20,000 nt of DNA from an uncultured virus (IMG/VR IMGVR_UViG_3300020469_000035) (Duplodnaviria; Heunggongvirae; Uroviricota; Caudoviricetes), in IMG/VR virus record IMGVR_UViG_3300020469_000035, positions 53,964 to 73,963 of that record. One strand, 5' to 3'. The translations under genes were made by a program, and so were the position numbers. The notes below the pieces were generated by a model. It saw only the letters and a program-made list of their open reading frames with translations, had not been told where the DNA came from and did not search any database. Shown one piece after another: positions 1 through 8,390 of the stretch. The stretch's first letter is position 1, and each line of letters begins with the position of its first letter.

Positions 1-27
1 TTGAATTTATAAAAAAAGAACTAATAA

Positions 28-144
28 ATGAGTGAATTAAAAGAATTATGGGATCTATCATGGGCAGACGGACTACTTCTAACATTCATGTTGATGGCCC
101 TCTATACCTACAAAGTGTGGATAGACAATAAATTTAAAAAATAG
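28..144 (+). CDS. Small hypothetical membrane protein (38 aa)
   Basis: Manual translation MSELKELWDLSWADGLLLTFMLMALYTYKVWIDNKFKK; one hydrophobic segment; its TAG stop overlaps the GTG start of the next ORF. Confidence 0.55.
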   Translation: MSELKELWDLSWADGLLLTFMLMALYTYKVWIDNKFKK

Positions 145-365
145 TGGCGCACGACGAATATAATAGCGGAATGCAATCGGGGTACTCTAGTTCCCTACGC
201 ATTCTTAGAGACTTCGACAGAGAAATAGAGTACCCGAAAGAAGAAGATCATAATCAAAAAAGCTGGTGTTATGCTTACGAACAATATAACACACAAAAAG
301 ATTTATTATATAAGATATATGAAGCCATAAAAAAAGATATGGACGAATATACTTTTGATGAATAA
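144..365 (+). CDS. Hypothetical protein (73 aa)
   Basis: ORF track; tightly packed with neighbours; no recognisable motif. Confidence 0.6.
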   Translation: MAHDEYNSGMQSGYSSSLRILRDFDREIEYPKEEDHNQKSWCYAYEQYNTQKDLLYKIYEAIKKDMDEYTFDE

Positions 366-385
366 AACAAAGTGTAACATTATGT

Positions 386-631
386 GTGCGAACACTTTTA
401 TTGCTTCTGTTTTTTGTAAACGGCTGTGCACATAAGCCCAGCCCTCAAGTTTCTGATACTTTTTTTCGTGAAGATCAAAGAGATTGGCTTAAGATCTATG
501 CGGAAGAATTAAAGTCTGCCTTGGCCAACGGAGACAACGATGCATTTTATTTTTTTTGGCCAGAATATATCAAAGAATTAGACAAAAGCAAGCAATCGCC
601 TATCATAATTCGTGTAATTGATAGTCAATGA
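386..631 (+). CDS. Putative lipoprotein (81 aa)
   Basis: N-terminal MRTLLLLLFFVNG-C resembles a signal peptide II with lipobox; ATGA overlap with the next gene. Confidence 0.6.
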   Translation: MRTLLLLLFFVNGCAHKPSPQVSDTFFREDQRDWLKIYAEELKSALANGDNDAFYFFWPEYIKELDKSKQSPIIIRVIDSQ

Positions 632-2373
632 ATTTTAAAATATTTTTTATAAATTTAAAGGATAATCCTGAGCCATGGATAAAAGCTCAGAACGTTTTTT
701 CCCTTCTTCCCGACGGCTTAGAATTAGAACGTATTGATGCTATAGATACTAGAAAAAGTTTATCACCATTAAAAGACTTTGGCTTAAATTTAAATCCCGT
801 AGGGATAACAAACAAGCTTTATTTTTCCGAAAATCCAGGCGCTTCAGGTTGTTACCTAAGCCATTTTTTCGCGTGGCAGCAAGTTATAGAGCAAAAACTT
901 GATTTCGCATTAATTCTTGAAGAGGATGTGGTTTTAAGCGATGTTGTTCAATTTTTGCTTGAAAATCCAGACTTGCAAGAATCAATTGAATTCATGCATC
1001 TTGGAAAAAATAATTGGAAAGGGCTTGAGGCTTATGTTGTAAGTTACATGGGGGCAACCAAACTAATTGAATTAACACTTGACAATGCTCCGTTGCTCAA
1101 AATTGATCCCTCCAAGCAGTCACATTCTAATTCTTTAGTTTTTTCTGAAAAACCCAACTTTGAAAGAGTTATTCAACAAAACCCTGAATTTGATTGGATG
1201 CATAAAAACAATATATCTTCCCCAGTTAATACTTTTGCTATGTACTGCTGTTCAAGTCTTGTTAGTGATTGGTGCAGGCTCAACTATAAACTGAAGCCAA
1301 TTATAGACTTACATCTAAAACCCCAAAAAGATCGCTTAATAAATTCTGAAAATTTTTATGAAAAAAAAGAAACAAAGATTCAAGAATTATTTAATTCTTG
1401 GAGGTTTGAATATTGGAGAAAAAATCCATCAATCACAGTTTGTATTTGCACTTACAATAATTATGAACTACTGGAGAAGGCTTTTATTTCTTGCACGAAT
1501 CAATTAGGAGATTATGAATATAAGATTCTAATAGTAGATAATACTCCTAAGAAATTACTGAATAATTGTGCAATAAAACAATTAGTAGCAAATTATAACA
1601 AAAATTTTTGGGAAGCTAATATTGCTGAAAATCAGTCGATTAATACTAGGTCTGGAGCAGAATACTATCACAAAACCACCAATGGTCTTTCTGGAGCTCG
1701 AAACGAGTGTTTGAATTTGTGCAGCACAGACTTAATCTACTTTATAGATGACGATGCAATACTGCAACCCAATTCTGTAACAAACATGGTTTCTAAATTT
1801 GTCTCTCCCGATATTGGGGTTGTAGGAGGAAAAGTTACACCAGACTGGGGAGAATTAGATCGCCCTAGTTGGCTCAGTAATGAACAGCTCCACAATCTTT
1901 CCATGTGTGATTTTTCTGAAAAAGATTTATTTTTAAATGAATGTGAATTTCCAATATGGTTGGTTGGCACAAACATATGCTTCAGAACAGAATATGCTCG
2001 AAAAGCTGGGGGTTTCAACAAATCCTTGGGGCGGAAAGGCGGAACTGACAGCTTATTGAGCGGTGAAGAAGATGATCTTGCTAAAAAAATCAGAAAAAAT
2101 TATTTCTCAATGTACACCCCAAACTCTGAAGTATTTCATTTTGTCCAAGAGTCCAGATTAAATCAAGGTTGGTTTATCAAAAGAAATGTGTGGCAGGCAG
2201 TTTCAAACATGATTGCAGGCGAAATGCAATTGAGCGAAAATAGCAATATGCATTGGTTTATAAAAGAAAATATGCATTTAATATTTGAAGAGTCAAAGTC
2301 TGAAGTTGATTTTGACTTAAAATGTAAAATTGTCGCATACTTAACTTATCTACTTCTCAACGGAGATATATGA
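628..2373 (+). CDS. Two-domain glycosyltransferase: GT25-like N-terminus fused to GT2-like C-terminus
   Basis: N-term IFFINL...ERIDAID...GCYLSH..AW...ALILEED (GT25 pattern); C-term ITVCICTYN, ILIVDN, GLSGARN, IYFIDDD, GTNICFR, GGF, GEEDDL (GT2/GT-A pattern). Confidence 0.85.
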   Translation: MNFKIFFINLKDNPEPWIKAQNVFSLLPDGLELERIDAIDTRKSLSPLKDFGLNLNPVGITNKLYFSENPGASGCYLSHFFAWQQVIEQKLDFALILEEDVVLSDVVQFLLENPDLQESIEFMHLGKNNWKGLEAYVVSYMGATKLIELTLDNAPLLKIDPSKQSHSNSLVFSEKPNFERVIQQNPEFDWMHKNNISSPVNTFAMYCCSSLVSDWCRLNYKLKPIIDLHLKPQKDRLINSENFYEKKETKIQELFNSWRFEYWRKNPSITVCICTYNNYELLEKAFISCTNQLGDYEYKILIVDNTPKKLLNNCAIKQLVANYNKNFWEANIAENQSINTRSGAEYYHKTTNGLSGARNECLNLCSTDLIYFIDDDAILQPNSVTNMVSKFVSPDIGVVGGKVTPDWGELDRPSWLSNEQLHNLSMCDFSEKDLFLNECEFPIWLVGTNICFRTEYARKAGGFNKSLGRKGGTDSLLSGEEDDLAKKIRKNYFSMYTPNSEVFHFVQESRLNQGWFIKRNVWQAVSNMIAGEMQLSENSNMHWFIKENMHLIFEESKSEVDFDLKCKIVAYLTYLLLNGDI

Positions 2374-2409
2374 TACAAAAGTATACATCCATATCGTTTA
2401 AGGCACATA

Positions 2410-3255
2410 ATGGCTTATAACTCAATATCTTTTGGTACTAGTTGTATGGGCAGACTCAACCATTTGAGTCAAACTTATATGCAAAATATAGAAACCGCAT
2501 TAAGCGTAGATCGTAATTCAAAATTCGTTTTGTTAAATTATAATTCTCAAGATGGAATGCATGAGTGGGTGCAAGAGAATTTATCCAACCACATTCAAAA
2601 AGGGACGCTTAAGTATTTGCACACATCTACCCCACAAGAATTTTCACAGGCTCATACCAAAAACATAACAAGCAAGCATGCAGATGCGGATATTGTCTGC
2701 CTACTAGATGCGGATCATTTTTTAACCAAGCGCTACGTTCAGCGAAATTTACTTTTTTTTAACCAAGAGCCCGACTCACACAAAATATCTAGACCAAAGG
2801 CAGAAGGAGGAAAAGGAGGAAGAATGGCTTTTGAAAAAAAAGATTTCCTAGAAATCGGTGGATTTGATGAACGAATGAAGGGTTGGGGGCACGAAGATTC
2901 AGATTTTTATTACAGATTTACGCATTATTTTGATAATATATTGGAAATCGCACCCGATATAAAAGACGAATCAATTATACAACATGACGACGAGTCTAGA
3001 AACTCAAATTCAAAATTAATTGCAGTCCCACCAATTAATTCTAAAAAAGATTTTGAAAATTTTAGCGCAGCTCTGGGATTTCACAAAAAGAAAGCGAAAG
3101 CATTGGGCATTGATTTTGAGGACTATTTCAAACTTCATGGTTCACGGATTATAAACAGAGAGCTTACCAGAAAAATTAAAAATCAATTCCAAGAAACTAA
3201 TGACATTTCATTAATGATATCAAACAAAAACCTAGACTGGGGCGAGCTTTCGTGA
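2410..3255 (+). CDS. GT-A fold glycosyltransferase (GT2 / GT7 C-terminal-like)
   Basis: CMGRLNHL, NYNSQDG, KN...IVCLLDAD (DxD), IGGFDERMKGWGHEDSDFYYR. Confidence 0.85.
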   Translation: MAYNSISFGTSCMGRLNHLSQTYMQNIETALSVDRNSKFVLLNYNSQDGMHEWVQENLSNHIQKGTLKYLHTSTPQEFSQAHTKNITSKHADADIVCLLDADHFLTKRYVQRNLLFFNQEPDSHKISRPKAEGGKGGRMAFEKKDFLEIGGFDERMKGWGHEDSDFYYRFTHYFDNILEIAPDIKDESIIQHDDESRNSNSKLIAVPPINSKKDFENFSAALGFHKKKAKALGIDFEDYFKLHGSRIINRELTRKIKNQFQETNDISLMISNKNLDWGELS

Positions 3256-5006
3256 AAGAAAATTTAATTTTCAGCTCAATTGGAGATGCCGCCCAACTGC
3301 CAAACTGGATTGGGTCAGATCAAAATTATGATATCTGGGCAACCTATTATGGTGACGATGAAAACAAATACAATCACTACAAGCAGTATACTCAATTCAT
3401 AAAAAAGTCCAAGGGTTCTAAGTTTCAGAATTTTAATCTCATATGGAAAGAGTTCCATTCAGAGTTAAATGAATATGAAAGATTTTTTATTTTAGACGAT
3501 GATATAATTTTTGATTCTTATAAAGATATTAATAAAATGTTTAATTTCGCAAGAGATCAATCAACTTGGATTTGTGGACCAACATTTAAGCCTTTCGGAA
3601 AAATTTCTCATGCTTTAACTCAAACAGATGAGAGTGCGTCTTTTAGATATGTCAATTTTGTGGAGATAAATACCTCTCTATTTTCTAACTTTGCTATAAA
3701 CAAATTTATGAAACACTACGACGATTCTCTTATTGGCTGGGGTTTAGATTTTTATTACATTCAAATATTGGGTCACGCTGCCAAAAATAGATATGCTCTT
3801 TTTGATGAAGTTTCAGTGATAAATCCATTACCCCAAAAAACTTTAGATTTATGCAAACTGAATAATATAGACTATTTATCGAAATACTTTATGAGCGACG
3901 AAAAAAGAGCTGAACTTCAAGACTTCCTTGAAGAACCAACAGAGATAAGCGGGAGGGAGCTTATGAACATAGAGGGAGCTGAATATAGAAGCGTCACATG
4001 GAAAAATTTTTGCGAGAAGAATAGAATGCGCGCCCGTTTTCAATTAAAAAATTGGGAAATCATTAAAAAAAGAAAAAAAAATTTGATAACCAGAATGCTC
4101 GGTAATGACTTGAGCGGGCTTCATGGAGAAGAGCAAACCTTGCGAAATCTAGAGTTCACTCTTAAGGAAGAACCAGACTTTGATAACACAGATAAGCTTT
4201 TCATTTTAAACAGAATTGTTTGCGATGATAAAAAACAAAAAATTATTAACATACTAGAAGCATATCAAGCAAACTACACAGAAATTCCGTTTTGCAGGGA
4301 AGCTTTTAAACAGCTTCCTAAGATTAGTTCAGAACTGACATGGGAATACTTTCAGGAATTACATTGGAGAGATACTGATAAAGGTTTAAGGCTTTCCGAA
4401 AAACAAATTAAAGAACGATATGGTTTTATAATTCAACAGTTGTTTCAACATAATTTATATTTAGTTAATAACAATTCTTGCAGAAATTTTGCGATACAAT
4501 ACGGCAAAGCAAATAATTATGATTGGACTTTTCCGCTTGATTCTAATAGTTTTTTAACTGAAAAATTATTTAATGAAATAGTAAATAACATCACCTCAAA
4601 CTTAGATTATATTGCCATTCCGCAGAAGAGGCTTAAAGACGGAGATCTTCCAAATCAAATTGTACTTTGCAAGGGATTCGAAACATTGTTGGAATATTTA
4701 CCAACTCAAGAGCCCCAGTTAGCATTTAAACATACTTCAAATATTACCTTTAATGAATCCATTCCATACGGATTGGCTCCGAAAGCAGAGCTTCTTACCG
4801 CTCTTAATATTCAAGGTAAATGGAATAATTGGCAAGAATATACTAGGCTAGGAATAAAACCAAGAAATTTTCCAAAAGCACAAATAGAAACTCTTTCTGC
4901 TATACTTCGACTCAATCCTTACTGTGATGAGAATAAAATTGAAGAAAACTGGATTTCTAGATGGAAAGGCATATATCTTTTATCTAAACAGTTGAGCGAG
5001 TTTTAG
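3252..5006 (+). CDS. Two-domain putative glycosyltransferase (DUF707-like N-terminus plus a second GT-A-like domain)
   Basis: N-term YERFFILDDDI, NFVEIN, LIGWGLD (DUF707-like); C-term RMLGNDL, NNNSCRNFAI, WTFPLDSN resembles a second GT-A core; GTGA overlap with the upstream GT. Confidence 0.65.
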   Translation: MKENLIFSSIGDAAQLPNWIGSDQNYDIWATYYGDDENKYNHYKQYTQFIKKSKGSKFQNFNLIWKEFHSELNEYERFFILDDDIIFDSYKDINKMFNFARDQSTWICGPTFKPFGKISHALTQTDESASFRYVNFVEINTSLFSNFAINKFMKHYDDSLIGWGLDFYYIQILGHAAKNRYALFDEVSVINPLPQKTLDLCKLNNIDYLSKYFMSDEKRAELQDFLEEPTEISGRELMNIEGAEYRSVTWKNFCEKNRMRARFQLKNWEIIKKRKKNLITRMLGNDLSGLHGEEQTLRNLEFTLKEEPDFDNTDKLFILNRIVCDDKKQKIINILEAYQANYTEIPFCREAFKQLPKISSELTWEYFQELHWRDTDKGLRLSEKQIKERYGFIIQQLFQHNLYLVNNNSCRNFAIQYGKANNYDWTFPLDSNSFLTEKLFNEIVNNITSNLDYIAIPQKRLKDGDLPNQIVLCKGFETLLEYLPTQEPQLAFKHTSNITFNESIPYGLAPKAELLTALNIQGKWNNWQEYTRLGIKPRNFPKAQIETLSAILRLNPYCDENKIEENWISRWKGIYLLSKQLSEF

Positions 5007-5182
5007 CTATTTATTTTTTTATAAATTTTATTTTTTTCCGAATCAGACAGATGGTCATATTTAAGACCAGCCTCTAGCTTGCATGTCATTTTTCTCCTAA
5101 TTACGAACATATCTTTCGATTTAGACATACATTCTCGATACAAAAAATCGAGCACGACTTTGCGCATATCTTCTTTTGGCAT
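5003..5182 (-). CDS. Hypothetical protein (59 aa), not in the ORF track
   Basis: Minus-strand translation MPKEDMRKVVLDFLYRECMSKSKDMFVIRRKMTCKLEAGLKYDHLSDSEKNKIYKKINS; fills the intergenic gap; stop overlaps the convergent GT stop; preceded by GTGTAA-N8-ATG. Confidence 0.55.
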   Translation of the reverse strand: MPKEDMRKVVLDFLYRECMSKSKDMFVIRRKMTCKLEAGLKYDHLSDSEKNKIYKKINS

Positions 5183-5320
5183 GAAACTACTTACACTATT
5201 TTCAGAAAAATATAGCCAACATAGAAGCGATTCCTAACAATAAAATTATTTGTTTTGTTGTAACGTGATGAATCATATACATATAATTACATTTATCCGA
5301 AAAAAAATAGAATTTTATTC

Positions 5321-5349
5321 TTTACAAACCTCAATATTTATGATACCAT
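5321..5349 (+). promoter_or_regulatory. Sigma70-like promoter (degenerate)
   Basis: TTTACA-N17-TACCAT with extended -10 TG at 5341; ATG 8 nt downstream at 5358. Confidence 0.5.
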
Positions 5350-5357
5350 ATATACTT

Positions 5358-5504
5358 ATGCAAAAATATGAACTAGATATATCTCAAGAAGAGCTTTCTC
5401 AGGTGTACATAAAGGCTTGGGTATTAATGTGGTGCGAAAAGTATCACCCCGAAGCCTTTGTTGAGGCAGAAAAATTCGTAAAACAACACTTAAATGAAAT
5501 ATAA
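5358..5504 (+). CDS. Hypothetical protein (48 aa; start revised from 5250)
   Basis: MQKYELDISQEELSQVYIKAWVLMWCEKYHPEAFVEAEKFVKQHLNEI; ATG directly follows a promoter-like element. Confidence 0.55.
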   Translation: MQKYELDISQEELSQVYIKAWVLMWCEKYHPEAFVEAEKFVKQHLNEI

Positions 5505-5925
5505 TATACTACTATCTATAATTCTACTAGCTGGCTGCAACTCAAGCAAGCTTCAAGAAGCTACCTTACCTGAAGCCCCTCCGCCTCCTCCCAAAGTGGA
5601 TTTTATACCTCCCGCACCGAGTTTCGAGCCCGACCTAGACTTGTTCGCAATGAAATATAAAGAGATTCAGATCAACAGGCTTCCTCATCCATTCAATTTG
5701 AATGGCTCTATGCCTTATGCTATTTGGGTTGACGGAAAAAAACTTAAACTAAGCCCCAAGGAAACTCGGAATTTGGCAGAAACTCTCAATCTAAAATTTG
5801 AGCAGCCCGAAGATACCGCCGAAATTCATAGCGGAGAAGGCTGGCTGTTCCCTAAGCAAATAAGGAATCAAGAAGAAATCGTGGCGCCCTTCGAAAAAGA
5901 AGAAGAGATTTTTATAGACAACTAA
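5494..5925 (+). CDS. Putative lipoprotein with proline-rich linker
   Basis: MKYNILLSIILLAG-C lipobox; PEAPPPPPKVDFIPPAP segment. Confidence 0.7.
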   Translation: MKYNILLSIILLAGCNSSKLQEATLPEAPPPPPKVDFIPPAPSFEPDLDLFAMKYKEIQINRLPHPFNLNGSMPYAIWVDGKKLKLSPKETRNLAETLNLKFEQPEDTAEIHSGEGWLFPKQIRNQEEIVAPFEKEEEIFIDN

Positions 5926-6494
5926 TGAGCGAAGTGACAACAATTGACGGGAATCTTTTAGATTTTCCCCCATATTGCAAAGACGATCCCGATAAATATA
6001 CAGGCATTAATGCCATTGCACATTCATGTAATACCCGAAACATTATGGGAGGAGGAATTGCGAAGCAAATAAAGAATCGTTACCCTCAAGCATATGAGGC
6101 AGACACAAAGGCTTTTAATACTGAATACGATAAAGATGGTCAGTATGTTCATTGGCTAGGCAAGTTTTCTAAAGCCGAAATAAACTCTAAATTTTTACCC
6201 AACGACAAAGGTTATATATATAATATGTACACCCAAGCAAGTATTGGAGATGGCTCAAGACAAGTTCATTATGAAAAGTTTTGGCAAGCACTAAAAAGAG
6301 TTGAGCAAGACCTTTACGAAATGAATGTGGCAAAGCATGAATACGATGGTTCCGCTCCACCTGTTCTTGGCTTGCCTTATGGCATCTCTTGTGGTCTTGC
6401 GGGAGGTAATTGGGGTATAATAAAAGCTATGATTGAAGATATTTTTTCTGATTCACCAATACAATGTTATATAGTTAAGTTTGAATTTTCCTAA
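5925..6494 (+). CDS. Macrodomain protein (ADP-ribose binding / glycohydrolase, phage type)
   Basis: IDGNLL, IAHSCN..NIMGGGIAKQIK.RYP, IYNMYTQ, LPYGISCGLAGGNW are classic macrodomain motifs. Confidence 0.9.
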   Translation: MSEVTTIDGNLLDFPPYCKDDPDKYTGINAIAHSCNTRNIMGGGIAKQIKNRYPQAYEADTKAFNTEYDKDGQYVHWLGKFSKAEINSKFLPNDKGYIYNMYTQASIGDGSRQVHYEKFWQALKRVEQDLYEMNVAKHEYDGSAPPVLGLPYGISCGLAGGNWGIIKAMIEDIFSDSPIQCYIVKFEFS

Positions 6495-6496
6495 TT

Positions 6497-6572
6497 GCCA
6501 CCTTAGCTCAGATGGTAGAGCACCTCACTTGTAATGAGGATGTCGTCAGTTCGATCCTGACAGGTGGCTCCA
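6497..6572 (+). tRNA. tRNA-Thr(UGU)
   Basis: Acceptor GCCACCT/AGGTGGC, D-arm GCTC/GAGC, anticodon stem CCTCA/TGAGG with loop CT-TGT-AA, T-loop TTCGATC, encoded CCA; 76 nt. Confidence 0.97.
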
Positions 6573-6739
6573 TTTTTTAATTATAAATAAAAATGTATAT
6601 AGTTCATTCCTACTGTGATTGCGGATAAAATTACACCCACCATCAACTTACAAATTCTGAAACATTGACTATCGTTTAGCATGATTAGTATAACGAATCA
6701 AACAACAAAAAAGATCACATAAATTGTGTATCATATAGT

Positions 6740-7252
6740 ATGAGCTTATATAATCTTCCGATTAATAAAAAGTCCCCAAAAATAGTAAACGCAATAGTCG
6801 AAATACCAAGGGGCAAAAGCACCAAATACGAATACGATCCAGAGCTAGAAGTTTTTAGATACGATAGAAGCCTAACCTCCGCAATGTCATATCCGTGTAG
6901 CTATGGTTATATTCCAAGCACCCTAGGAGATGATGGAGATGCTCTTGATTTTTTAATATACAACGCCACCCCAATAGATCGGGGAACTTTAGTTGAGTGC
7001 AAGGTTATTGCAGTTTTAGATATGGAAGACGATGGAGACAAAGACTATAAAATATTAGGGGTTCCAACATCTCATGTTCGGAGACATTATAATCTAAAAA
7101 GCATAGACCCAATGTTTCTAAAAATCGCTTCAAACTTTTTTAAGCATTACAAAGAATTAAATAATAAAGATGTAAAAGTATTTGATTGGCACGAAAAAGA
7201 AACGGCTTACAAAATAATCGAAGAGGGAGTCGCCAGTTTTTCTAAAAAGTAA
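6740..7252 (+). CDS. ppa: Family I soluble inorganic pyrophosphatase
   Basis: VEIPRG..KYEYD, DR, YP..YGYIPSTLGDDGDALD, MEDDGDKDYKIL, FFKHYKEL. Confidence 0.95.
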   Translation: MSLYNLPINKKSPKIVNAIVEIPRGKSTKYEYDPELEVFRYDRSLTSAMSYPCSYGYIPSTLGDDGDALDFLIYNATPIDRGTLVECKVIAVLDMEDDGDKDYKILGVPTSHVRRHYNLKSIDPMFLKIASNFFKHYKELNNKDVKVFDWHEKETAYKIIEEGVASFSKK

Positions 7253-7260
7253 TTTTTTTC

Positions 7261-7289
7261 TTGACATATCAGGTTTATTAGTATATAAT
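7261..7289 (+). promoter_or_regulatory. Consensus sigma70 promoter for the DEDD gene and array
   Basis: TTGACA(7261-7266)-N17-TATAAT(7284-7289), T-tract upstream. Confidence 0.85.
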
Positions 7290-7338
7290 TTAGCTTCATT
7301 TGGAGCATTCCGTTTCAAGTTTAATTTTAATCATATAC

Positions 7339-8376
7339 ATGAAAACAAAATATAATAAAACCGTAGCGGTCGATTGCGGTAAAAATGAATCGACAATTTT
7401 TGATGGAGAGACAACTAAAACTATCTCCCATATGGCAGTATTAAATCTCTCAAAAGACTTAAATACAGGAGACAGAGTTATAATAGAAGCGGCACATGGA
7501 GCCAGCCCAAGAACCATTAAGTCTCTTGCTCAACCATTCACAGAAGCAGAATTAAAATTTCTATATAAAAGCCTTGAAGACAAAGGTATATCTTTAGATC
7601 TTTTTCCTCAAAAATCTACGCCAAGAGCACAAAGATATTCTGGTCTTGAAAAATCAGACGAAAATGATCCTCAAGCGATATATAAATTGATTCAGGATTT
7701 TCCTAGGACTTCACTTATGAAACCTAAAAATTCATTTGAACCTGACCTCGTCAGACAAGAAGGTTGGAAAATGAAAGATCAAATGAATACGATTCTTAAT
7801 TTTGCTCGCAGATATAAATATATGCACGAAAATGATGAAAACTCAAGATGGATACGAGAAAATATAGAACTTATTTGCTCTAAGTTATCAGAAAATGCTA
7901 AATCCGTATTTGGCTTGACAGATGAATCTAGATACAAAAGAAAAAATACTAAATTAGGCGTAAGTGCTGGAGATATCAATTTTAATAGCACCAATTTTCG
8001 CATCACTCAAATTTATTCAGTTTTAGCGTGTCTTCAAGGAGAAATTCAAGATAGCGAAGGAGAAGTATCTATTTTGGCGAATGCTGTTTTGAGAGAATCA
8101 ACAGGCGAATGTGCAGGGTGGGGTTTCGCAAAAAGGCACTTATTGTGCATGACTCCATTTCATATGAGAGGTGGAGTAGCAAGAAGCAACCTTTTTCATC
8201 ATGGAGCAAAAAATTGGATTAAAAAACAAGCTAAATTAGAAGGCTTTGATTTGTCCAAGAAATATCGTGGAGATTTTTCTGACGCAGAAGATGCAGTATT
8301 TATAAAATATATGCGGATATATAGCAAGTCTATTAAAGAGTTGTTTATTGCGTTTAAAGAAATTATAAATTCTTAA
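7339..8376 (+). CDS. IS110/TasR-like RuvC-fold (DEDD) nuclease or recombinase, 345 aa (start revised from TTG 7300 to ATG 7339)
   Basis: VAVDCGK (D12), VIIEA (E50), GISLDLFP, EKSDENDPQAI (D107/D110) match the IS110 DEDD pattern GIDxxK...vvmEa...KtDxxDAxxIA; C-terminal two-thirds not recognised. Confidence 0.7.
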   Translation: MKTKYNKTVAVDCGKNESTIFDGETTKTISHMAVLNLSKDLNTGDRVIIEAAHGASPRTIKSLAQPFTEAELKFLYKSLEDKGISLDLFPQKSTPRAQRYSGLEKSDENDPQAIYKLIQDFPRTSLMKPKNSFEPDLVRQEGWKMKDQMNTILNFARRYKYMHENDENSRWIRENIELICSKLSENAKSVFGLTDESRYKRKNTKLGVSAGDINFNSTNFRITQIYSVLACLQGEIQDSEGEVSILANAVLRESTGECAGWGFAKRHLLCMTPFHMRGGVARSNLFHHGAKNWIKKQAKLEGFDLSKKYRGDFSDAEDAVFIKYMRIYSKSIKELFIAFKEIINS

Positions 8377-8390
8377 TTTTATATTCATAC

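Noticed and set aside
6497..6572. tRNA as a prophage or island attachment site
   Set aside because: No integrase and no duplicated tRNA 3' end in the window; both flanks look phage-like.
6665..6694. TTGACT-N18-TATAAC possible promoter for ppa
   Set aside because: Non-standard spacing and a weak -10 compared with the other elements; too uncertain to call.
7300..7338. TTG start at 7300 for the DEDD ORF
   Set aside because: ATG 7339 puts the first catalytic Asp at position 12, as in IS110-type proteins. The extra 13 codons look like leader sequence.
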